From Deinococcales bacterium (GTDB lineage: Bacteria; Deinococcota; Deinococci; Deinococcales; JAAFIG01): a DNA stretch of 64,000 nt. The notes below the pieces were generated by a model. The model saw nothing but the letters and a program-made list of their open reading frames with translations, was not told where the DNA came from and made no database searches. The stretch lies in NCBI GenBank assembly GCA_031414595.1, contig JANNVX010000098.1, positions 128,001 through 192,000 of the forward strand, written 5' to 3'. Position 1 is the first letter of the stretch, and the number at the start of each line of letters is the position of its first letter. This document shows positions 56,626-64,000 of this stretch, piece after piece. A program made the translations under genes and the position numbers.

Positions 56626-59034
56626 CTACTTGCCGGGGCATTTGGTTGGACCGTTCTCAAGTGTGCCTGTTCTCGAGCAGATGACTTGGGTGACATTATC
56701 AAGACTCACTTCGGCGGTGACTGGTGTATCAAAAGTAAATAATCCCCTAGATTCGCCAAGGTCAGAAACATTGATTGTCCCGTCTGGATTGGTGCTGCTT
56801 TCGCGGTAGGCGGTGATGTCGTACTGCCCCGGCTCGAGGTTGTCAAAAGCAAAAGCGCCATTTGCACCAACGGGCGTGTCTGGGTAATTCAAACGGGTGC
56901 GTTTATCGGCACTTTCGACGCGGTAAATTCTTAAGAAATACCCAATTGGATTACTGAGGACACTGTTGCCTTGGTTGTAATAGACCCGTTGCTCGAGACT
57001 GCGAGTGCCGTACACAAGATTGATTCGTCCAGCGAACTGCCCATTGAGTCCGCTTCGGTTGAGATTAACAGTCATGATTTGGGTGGCGTTGGCAGCAAGG
57101 GTGGCTGTGCTTGGGCTGATACTTAAGCCATTTCCGGTGGCACTGATGTTTAGGGTGGCGGCTGTATCGCCGATATTTTGAATTGTAAAGGTAGCTTGGT
57201 TTTGACTCGAGCCAAGGTTGATTTCACTTGGATTGGTTCGCACAATAACTGCCCCAATACTTGGTAAGACAGATGCTTTCTGCATGGCGCTACTTGCATC
57301 GAGTAAACCAGCCCCACAACCTTGGTTACAACGGGTTAAACCAGTTAGACTCGAGCTATCGGTTAAGTACGAACGAATCCGTACCCAATTATTGGGGTTT
57401 GCGTCGCGCAGAGCCGCATTTTTACTCATCATTAGGGCAATCACACCCGCCACATGCGGCGAAGCCATCGAAGTGCCGTGGTACGAGCCGAAGCCAAAAT
57501 TCGCACAGGGCGGGGTTGTTCCACCAGACGGACTGTAATACTGTCCGACATCACCAGTGCCACACCCCAAAGTGGACAAGACCCCATCTTCGGAGATGTT
57601 GCGTTGGGCAAAATCTCCTCCAGGAGCAACCAAGGCAACGGTTGAACCATAATTCGAGTAGCTGGCTCGAGCCTTATCTGGGGCAAGTGCGCCAACTGGG
57701 ATGACACCCTGAAGATTGGCAGGGGTGAACAGCGCTGCATCTATGTTGCTGTTGCCAGCCGCCACAACCACAACGATGCCTTTGGCATTGGCAGCATCCA
57801 CGGCGGCTTGTAAGACTGGGCTTGGGGACTGTTCCCCGCCTAAACTCATGTTGATGATGTTGGCAGGGTTTGGATTAACTGGAATTGTGCCAAGCGGAGA
57901 ACTGCTCATCCCAGCCGCCCAGTACACGGCTTTGGCAATATCTTCAATAGAGCCTCCCGAACCATCCAATGCCCGAATTGGTAAAATCTGGGTTTGCCAT
58001 GCCACACCCGCCACACCAAGGGCATTGTTGCTGCAAGCCCCAACTGTGCCAGCTACGTGTGTACCATGAAAACCAGCGTTGGGGTCTGAATCAAAAGCAT
58101 TATTGTCATTTTGCACAAAATCATAACCAGGTAGGATTTTGGGTTTTCCGGGCGCTACTTCACAATTGAAATCTGGGTGTTGCTTGGCGGGGTCGGTCGC
58201 ATCCCAAAGAATTCCAGAGTCCAGCACTGCCACAACCACTCCCGCGCCCACATCACTACTGCTCGAGAAACCATCCCAAGTGATGGGTAAGTTCAGCATC
58301 CCATAATGCCATTGCTTGGCGTACAACGGGTCGTTGGGTGCAGCTTGGGTTTTTAGAATGGTATTTGGTTCGGCACTAAGAACATCAGGGCGTTGGCGTA
58401 AACTCGAGACAAATTGTAAGGTTTCTAGCGCACTTGTGCCTGTCACTCGAGCATTCGCATTTTGCAGTCTGGCTCGAGTCTTGATGCTTGGGGCTTCAAG
58501 CACTGCCGTATTGCCTGTAATCCAAGACTTAACCGCTAGTTCTGCACTTTGTAGGCGCAAAGCACTGCTGGGGTTCTTAAATTGGACGATTGCTTCGCCA
58601 AGACGCATCTCAGCTTTTTCATAACCACGAAGCGAAGCAAATTGCACCCCCGGACGCACCACACCGCTAATACTCGAGCAGTTCTTGGCTTGGGTATCGG
58701 GTAGTAAATTAACCTTAATCGAGTTGCTTTGCACCACATTCTGCCCATCCGTTATCCGCACCGTAAAAACCACGCTCTGATTGGCTTGGGTGGTGGTTGG
58801 GGTTTGTAACCATGTGGCAGTTGCTCCAAATTTATCAAATGTTCCTGTGGCTGGTGAAGCCTCAAAGGTGTAATTCAAAGCTGCATTTTCGGGGTCTCGA
58901 GCCGTGACAGTTAAGTTGACCGATTGGCAGGGCGAAACCGTGGTACTCGAGATAACAAAATCATCTAACAAAGGCGGTAAGTTCCGAGTGCAAGAAAGCA
59001 GCAAGATAGGCAACAGAAAAATAATGCGACGCAT
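56626..59034 (-). CDS. S8 subtilisin-family serine peptidase, lipoprotein
   Basis: Lipobox LLSC; LDSG, HGTHVAG, AAGN, GTSMASPHVAG. Confidence 0.95.
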   Translation of the reverse strand: MRRIIFLLPILLLSCTRNLPPLLDDFVISSTTVSPCQSVNLTVTARDPENAALNYTFEASPATGTFDKFGATATWLQTPTTTQANQSVVFTVRITDGQNVVQSNSIKVNLLPDTQAKNCSSISGVVRPGVQFASLRGYEKAEMRLGEAIVQFKNPSSALRLQSAELAVKSWITGNTAVLEAPSIKTRARLQNANARVTGTSALETLQFVSSLRQRPDVLSAEPNTILKTQAAPNDPLYAKQWHYGMLNLPITWDGFSSSSDVGAGVVVAVLDSGILWDATDPAKQHPDFNCEVAPGKPKILPGYDFVQNDNNAFDSDPNAGFHGTHVAGTVGACSNNALGVAGVAWQTQILPIRALDGSGGSIEDIAKAVYWAAGMSSSPLGTIPVNPNPANIINMSLGGEQSPSPVLQAAVDAANAKGIVVVVAAGNSNIDAALFTPANLQGVIPVGALAPDKARASYSNYGSTVALVAPGGDFAQRNISEDGVLSTLGCGTGDVGQYYSPSGGTTPPCANFGFGSYHGTSMASPHVAGVIALMMSKNAALRDANPNNWVRIRSYLTDSSSLTGLTRCNQGCGAGLLDASSAMQKASVLPSIGAVIVRTNPSEINLGSSQNQATFTIQNIGDTAATLNISATGNGLSISPSTATLAANATQIMTVNLNRSGLNGQFAGRINLVYGTRSLEQRVYYNQGNSVLSNPIGYFLRIYRVESADKRTRLNYPDTPVGANGAFAFDNLEPGQYDITAYRESSTNPDGTINVSDLGESRGLFTFDTPVTAEVSLDNVTQVICSRTGTLENGPTKCPGK

Positions 59035-59124
59035 GACTCAGCGTACCGCAAAAAATGTTTTTGAAGTGAGTGCAAATTCACCTCACCCTTGGTTTGCAAC
59101 AATGGCAGATGTTACACTCGAGCT

Positions 59125-60333
59125 ATGACCCAAGACCCAGTGTTTGATTTGATTACCTTAGAGCATGAGCGGCAACGCGACGGCTTAGAACTGATTGCCT
59201 CAGAGAATTTTACCAGTGCCGCCGTGCGTCAAGCTGTCGGCAGCGTTCTGACCAACAAGTATGCCGAAGGCTACCCAGGTAAACGCTGGTACGGTGGCTG
59301 CGAAGTCGTGGATAAAATCGAGCAACTGGCGATTGACCGACTCAAAGAACTCTTTGGGGCAGCTTGGGCAAATGTCCAACCGCATTCTGGCTCGAGTGCC
59401 AATATCGCGGTTTACAGTGCGCTCTTAAAACCCGGCGATACGGTCTTGGGCATGGATTTGAGTCATGGTGGGCATTTAACCCACGGCAGCCCAGTCAATT
59501 TTTCTGGCTTAAATTACAAAGTGGTTGGTTATAAAATCCGTCAAGCCGACGAATTACTGCATATGGAAGATGTTCGGGCGCTGGCACTGGAACACAAACC
59601 CAAAATGATTATTTGTGGTGCAAGTGCCTACTCGAGAACCCTAGATTTTGCGGCTTTCCGTGCTATTGCCGACGAAGTTGGCGCGTACTTAATGGCAGAC
59701 ATTGCTCATATTGCGGGACTGGTGGCGGCTGGGGTGCATCCTAGTCCAGTGCCACATGCCCATGTGGTCACAAGCACCACCCATAAAACCCTGCGTGGTC
59801 CGCGAAGTGGGATTATTTTTTCTAACGACCTTGAAGTGGCAGCCCTACTTGACCGCAGTATTTTCCCCGGCACGCAGGGTGGTCCACTCGAACATGTGAT
59901 AGCTGGTAAAGCGATTGCTTTTGCCGAAGCCTTACAGCCAGAATTCAAGCTGTACTCGAGTCAGATTATTAAAAACGCTCAGGCAATGGTGGCAGCCTTT
60001 CAAAAACGCGGCTATAAAGTCTTGTCGGGCGGCACAGACAATCATTTATTTGTGCTTGACATTCGTCCGCTTGGTCTAAATGGCACAAAAGCCAGTCGGA
60101 TGCTCGACGCGGCACACATCACCATTTCTAAAAGTACCCTGCCATTTGACACCGAAAAAATCATGCACGGTGGCGGAATTCGGATTGGTACACCCGCCAT
60201 TACCACCCGTGGGATGCTTGAAGCAGACATGGAAACCGTGGCTGACCTGATAGACCGCACCCTGTGTGGCGCAGACCCAGAAGCCATGAAATTAGAAGTA
60301 AAGAATTTTGTCTCGAGATTTGTGCTGCCTTAA
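59125..60333 (+). CDS. glyA: Serine hydroxymethyltransferase
   Basis: [40 protein letters not shown]. Confidence 0.98.
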   Translation: MTQDPVFDLITLEHERQRDGLELIASENFTSAAVRQAVGSVLTNKYAEGYPGKRWYGGCEVVDKIEQLAIDRLKELFGAAWANVQPHSGSSANIAVYSALLKPGDTVLGMDLSHGGHLTHGSPVNFSGLNYKVVGYKIRQADELLHMEDVRALALEHKPKMIICGASAYSRTLDFAAFRAIADEVGAYLMADIAHIAGLVAAGVHPSPVPHAHVVTSTTHKTLRGPRSGIIFSNDLEVAALLDRSIFPGTQGGPLEHVIAGKAIAFAEALQPEFKLYSSQIIKNAQAMVAAFQKRGYKVLSGGTDNHLFVLDIRPLGLNGTKASRMLDAAHITISKSTLPFDTEKIMHGGGIRIGTPAITTRGMLEADMETVADLIDRTLCGADPEAMKLEVKNFVSRFVLP

Positions 60334-60340
60334 ACGGCGT

Positions 60341-60556
60341 TAAAACTTGTCCTGAAATAACTTCCCGATTTGGGAATGGTGTTTTCATTATTCCCAAGCT
60401 GGACAGACACAGGGGTCTCTTGACCATAAGATGCGGTCGCCTGTCCCTACAAAATTCATGAAACACGTCAGGTAGGGGCGGACCCCTGTGTCCGCCCTGT
60501 GACCAATCGTATGTTTTTTGTCTGGAAATCAGGAAACTATTCTTAGGCAGTTCCTA
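60341..60556. mobile_element. MITE-like element, copy B: degenerate terminal inverted repeats enclosing a REP pair
   Basis: Ends match 19/31 as inverted repeats; REPs at 60401-60450 (interrupted) and 60472-60497 GTAGGGGCGGACCCCTGTGTCCGCCC. Confidence 0.72.
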
Positions 60557-60567
60557 GGTTCATTGCC

Positions 60568-61182
60568 TTAAAGTGCATTCAAAACTCGAGCTTCTAACGC
60601 CGATAATTCTTGTTTGGCTCGAGGAAAAACCCCAAGGGCATCGTGTAACTCGAGGGCAGAAAAGAGGTCGCTCGAGACAACTTCTCCCCACTTTGGCTGG
60701 CTACCCCAGAATTCGGCGCGTAACATCCATGTGGTTTCTTGTTTATACGCCACGGCATAAGCTGCACCGAGTTCACGCAGCACCGAAAAAGTAGCGGTCT
60801 CTGAACGGGCTTGCTCGAGTCGTACCACAGGCACTCGAGGGCGCAAGCGCAAAGTGGCACTTTCAATCCGAACACGGTGGCTTAAACTGGCATCTGAACC
60901 AATAACAAGGCGTACAGCATCGTACCCTGCTACATTCTTGACGACTTTTCCACCAACACTGACCGTACCGTGAGCCGCCGTATAGGTTAGCCCAAGGACA
61001 TCTTTACGCATTGGTGGCATCTCGAGCAAGCCAAGCCCGCCAGACAACAACCAATCCTCGAGCGTCAGTGGCAAGCGTGGAGCGCGGTACTGCAAGCCAC
61101 TTGGCAGGGCAGCCTCGAGTTGTTCTAGGGTAGTGTCGCCAGATACAATCGCGTATTGGTCTTCGGGGTTTATTTCAATCAT
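60568..61182 (-). CDS. Short FAD-binding oxidoreductase, GlcE-like
   Basis: GGKVVKNVAGYD..RL.IGS, A.LRL.P. Confidence 0.75.
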   Translation of the reverse strand: MIEINPEDQYAIVSGDTTLEQLEAALPSGLQYRAPRLPLTLEDWLLSGGLGLLEMPPMRKDVLGLTYTAAHGTVSVGGKVVKNVAGYDAVRLVIGSDASLSHRVRIESATLRLRPRVPVVRLEQARSETATFSVLRELGAAYAVAYKQETTWMLRAEFWGSQPKWGEVVSSDLFSALELHDALGVFPRAKQELSALEARVLNAL

Positions 61183-61247
61183 GGTCTTAGACTAACCAAT
61201 TTTCATGACCAGTGCTTTTTGCCGCTTGATTTGTGCTACAACAAAGC

Positions 61248-61997
61248 ATGAAACGATTTTTATTGGCTGCCCTGACCTTCTCGAGTTTTATGGCACTGAT
61301 TCCATCTGCGCCGACGGCTGCCACAGTCCAAGGCTTACCTTTAATTCGTGAACAAAATAGTTTTTTGGCAACCGCTCGAATAGATTCCCAAAACTTAAAA
61401 GTACGGGTTCTCGAGTACAACGCAGCCTATAGTGGCATCGTCCATGCGTATTTTATTTCTAAGGATTTCAAAAATTATTATTTTCAGTACCCTGACGAAA
61501 CCGAAAAAGGTTCTTATCTACTACCGTTACCACCGATGGAAGCTGGCACTTATGACCTGATTCTCGAAATTACAGGTGGCAACGGTCATGCCCATAACAA
61601 TCCGCGTTTTGTGCAAGTTTACCCAGTCAATTTTGAAGTGCTGACCAGCAGCCCAGAACTCGAGCCAATTCGTCGTTTGGCATTAAAAGAAACTGTGCCG
61701 AACCTTAAACCAGCAGGACAAGTCTCGAGTTTTGAACTAACAACCCTGCTAGATGGTGCGCCAGTCGCATGGAATCCGTATTATGTGCATCAGTTTATTC
61801 TAAAAACCGATTGGTCATATTTTAAGCACGATCATCCCAACGCTAAAGAACAGGGGCTTGGTTCAGTGCAGAGCAATTTTACCTTCCCAAGCGCTGGTGA
61901 ATATGTGTTGTGGCAATTTCTCGAGACAGGTGTGCGGGTGGCTGGTCAAAAATACAACCCTGTTCTGCGTTACCCAAGTCTGTTTAAGATTAACTAA
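61248..61997 (+). CDS. Secreted hypothetical protein, His-containing, two related domains
   Basis: Signal peptide; H.Y.IS.DF..Y...P / H..I...D...F.H.HP...F.FP..G.Y.LW. Confidence 0.65.
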   Translation: MKRFLLAALTFSSFMALIPSAPTAATVQGLPLIREQNSFLATARIDSQNLKVRVLEYNAAYSGIVHAYFISKDFKNYYFQYPDETEKGSYLLPLPPMEAGTYDLILEITGGNGHAHNNPRFVQVYPVNFEVLTSSPELEPIRRLALKETVPNLKPAGQVSSFELTTLLDGAPVAWNPYYVHQFILKTDWSYFKHDHPNAKEQGLGSVQSNFTFPSAGEYVLWQFLETGVRVAGQKYNPVLRYPSLFKIN

Positions 61998-63043
61998 TTT
62001 GGTCTAACCAATTCAACTTGTACCGAACTGATGGTTTGCGCTGCCACTTCAAGCATAATAAACGGGCTGGTTGGGGTGTTGCTAAAATTATTGCCCGTCG
62101 GTTCGCGTAACTCGAGGGTGATTCTTAGCGTGCCACGGTCAAAGTTCGCGCTTTTATAAGCAAGGCTGTAGCCTGTGGTCGGTTTACGCCCAAGGAAGAC
62201 CGTGACCATACGGCGATTGAAGAAATCTATTTTTGGTGTTACTGGAACTGGGTTTTGACCACCCAGCGCGATTTGCCAAGTGCGGGCGTAATCATCGGCG
62301 GTACTGTCTACCCTTGCCCAAAAATTCGTATCTCGGTGGGTGCTGAATGCACCAACGGCGGTGACATCCAAGACAGGATTGAGTGGCGCTGGCGCATTTT
62401 GTTGTAACCACATGCCCTCATAACCAAATTGGACTGCCAGCACCGAACGCCGTGTGCTGTTCGGGGTTGGGTTAAAACTGGTCTCGTTGCCATCTAAACT
62501 CGAGTCTGGCAGGGTGGCAATTAAAAATGCACCACGAGATTTGAGGTAGCCTTCTAAAGAGGTTGCTTCGTCTTTCCATAAACTACCAGCCCCAAGTAAA
62601 CCATCTCGAGGGGTGGGCAGGGTGTTGAGTTGTTCGCCAGCCTTTAATTTCTCTAAGACGGTAAACCAGCTTTTACCATCCCAAAGGTACACCGAACGCA
62701 AATCGGTGTTGGCTTTGATCGTCATGCGTTCGCCACTGCGTTTGGCACTAAAGGCGGCTAAGTTACTGGTTACAGGCAGTTGCCAACTGCCGTTGCCGTT
62801 GACTTCAAGTGCGCCGCTGACCTGAAACCCTTGGGTGTTTTGACTGGGGCTTTGGATTTCTAAGGTTTGGTTACGCCCAGCCACACTGCCCTCGAGTTTA
62901 CGTTTGAAGGTATTTTCTTGGTCATAAAAGACCACATGACGCTCGCCTAAACCGAGCAGCACAATGTCTGAGACTGTGTAGGACGCTTTATCTTGCGCTA
63001 ATGCAACAGCACCAACGAGCAGGACGGTCAAAAGTCGCTTCAT
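61994..63043 (-). CDS. Secreted protein with C-terminal PrcB-like domain
   Basis: Signal peptide; P.IDF...V.VFLG.KPT.GYS...P...TSPF. Confidence 0.72.
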   Translation of the reverse strand: MKRLLTVLLVGAVALAQDKASYTVSDIVLLGLGERHVVFYDQENTFKRKLEGSVAGRNQTLEIQSPSQNTQGFQVSGALEVNGNGSWQLPVTSNLAAFSAKRSGERMTIKANTDLRSVYLWDGKSWFTVLEKLKAGEQLNTLPTPRDGLLGAGSLWKDEATSLEGYLKSRGAFLIATLPDSSLDGNETSFNPTPNSTRRSVLAVQFGYEGMWLQQNAPAPLNPVLDVTAVGAFSTHRDTNFWARVDSTADDYARTWQIALGGQNPVPVTPKIDFFNRRMVTVFLGRKPTTGYSLAYKSANFDRGTLRITLELREPTGNNFSNTPTSPFIMLEVAAQTISSVQVELVRPN

Positions 63044-63110
63044 GAGTATAGTGTAAAGTATTTCTCAGCCCATTGCATGAGGTGTAACCCAAGGAAAGAG
63101 ATTAAAAAAT

Positions 63111-63797
63111 TTAGGCTTTTAGTAATCCAAGGTCAGCCGAATTTAATTCGCGCCACTCACCGGGGCGTAAATCATGGATTTGTAAGCCACCAATTCGGGT
63201 TCGCATTAAGCGCAGCACCTCAAGACCGACCGCCGCCACCATTCGCCGTACCTGATGCTTGCGCCCCTCAAGCAGCACCATTCGCAAACCATCCTTTGCC
63301 TTAAATAGTGCGTGTGGTTTGGCTTCCCCATCCTCGAGCATGACCCCTGCAAAAAGTGCCTCGAGTTGGTCAGGACTTGGGACTGGCTCAGTCCAAACTC
63401 GGTATTCTTTTTCGTGATGATACCGAGGATGGGTTAATTCTAAGGTTAAAGCCCCGTCTGTTGTCAAAATCAGCAACCCTTCCGAAGCCCGATCCAAACG
63501 CCCAACTGGATGTAACCCTGATACGCTCGGCACAAGCTCGAGAACCCCTTGCCGCCCGAGTTCATCCGAAGCACTGGTCACCACCCCACGCGGCTTATAC
63601 AAGGCAAAAGTCACCTGTCTAGCTAAAAACTCGAGCCGCTTGCCATCCACTTGTACATCATCGGTCTCGAGTGCCGATTGCCCAAGAGTCGCCACCACCC
63701 CACCCACCGTTACCCGACCCTCGAGCAACAAATTTTCGGCTGCCCGCCGCGAAGCCACCCCCGCCCTCGCCAAGAGCTTTTGCAAACGCTCAGACAT
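63111..63797 (-). CDS. rRNA pseudouridine synthase (RsuA/RluB family)
   Basis: RLQKLLARAGVASRR S4 domain; VGRLD..SEGLL.LT.DG; EGRKHQVRRM. Confidence 0.95.
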   Translation of the reverse strand: MSERLQKLLARAGVASRRAAENLLLEGRVTVGGVVATLGQSALETDDVQVDGKRLEFLARQVTFALYKPRGVVTSASDELGRQGVLELVPSVSGLHPVGRLDRASEGLLILTTDGALTLELTHPRYHHEKEYRVWTEPVPSPDQLEALFAGVMLEDGEAKPHALFKAKDGLRMVLLEGRKHQVRRMVAAVGLEVLRLMRTRIGGLQIHDLRPGEWRELNSADLGLLKA

Positions 63798-63808
63798 TAG
63801 CTAGAGCC

Positions 63809-64000
63809 TCATTTGAGTGGAATGTCCGCTTTGAGAATCATGGCTTCGCCTTCGCCGTCGCGCTGCATGTCAATGTTGAAATTCTGGGCATTGGGGAAGT
63901 ATTTTTTTAAGACACTAAGCAGTTCTTCGCGCAGCATTTGTTCCTTGCCGGGTGGTAAACCGGCTCGGTCATACGCAAGCATGACCTGCAAACGATTTTT
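63809..64000 (-). CDS. minE: Cell division topological specificity factor MinE (5' end outside window)
   Basis: KNRLQVMLAYDRA...LREELL.VL.KY...L.A.IP. Confidence 0.88.
   Translation of the reverse strand, partial: KNRLQVMLAYDRAGLPPGKEQMLREELLSVLKKYFPNAQNFNIDMQRDGEGEAMILKADIPLK

Noticed and set aside
59034-59125. ZMP or glycine riboswitch upstream of glyA
   Set aside because: Short divergent intergenic region with a leaderless start and no aptamer consensus

Overview
Chromosomal segment (roughly 50% GC by eye) of a Deinococcota bacterium, probably a Deinococcales member with unusually low GC. Evidence: Deinococcus/Thermus-type L32 and Jag N-termini, a DUF4388-like protein, and many leaderless genes with TANNNT 5-7 nt before the start codon. 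Most genes are housekeeping or metabolic (ppx, apbC, hrpB, ruvB, rpmF, rplU, rpmA, obgE, prmC, jag, gpmA, comEA, lipB, gyrB, trpD, glyA, minE). There is also a phosphoester-scavenging cluster, glycosyltransferases with ugd, a photolyase and a chromate transporter pair. I saw no rRNA, tRNA, CRISPR, transposase or integrase. Main unusual signals: (1) the palindrome CTCGAG is about 20-fold over-represented in all reading frames; (2) a toxin-antitoxin cassette sits between ~92-bp direct repeats that duplicate the promoter and first codons of a DEDDh exonuclease gene, with no recombinase nearby; (3) two related REP/MITE elements each have a REP palindrome split by the same short insert signature TCTTGACCATAA...GGTCGC; (4) RDRM-like operators overlap the gyrB and ruvB promoters; (5) unusual proteins include a DUF3291-MOSC fusion, a lipoprotein with a pilin-like head and a cytochrome P460-like protein. 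All family calls come from reading motifs by eye; no database search was run.
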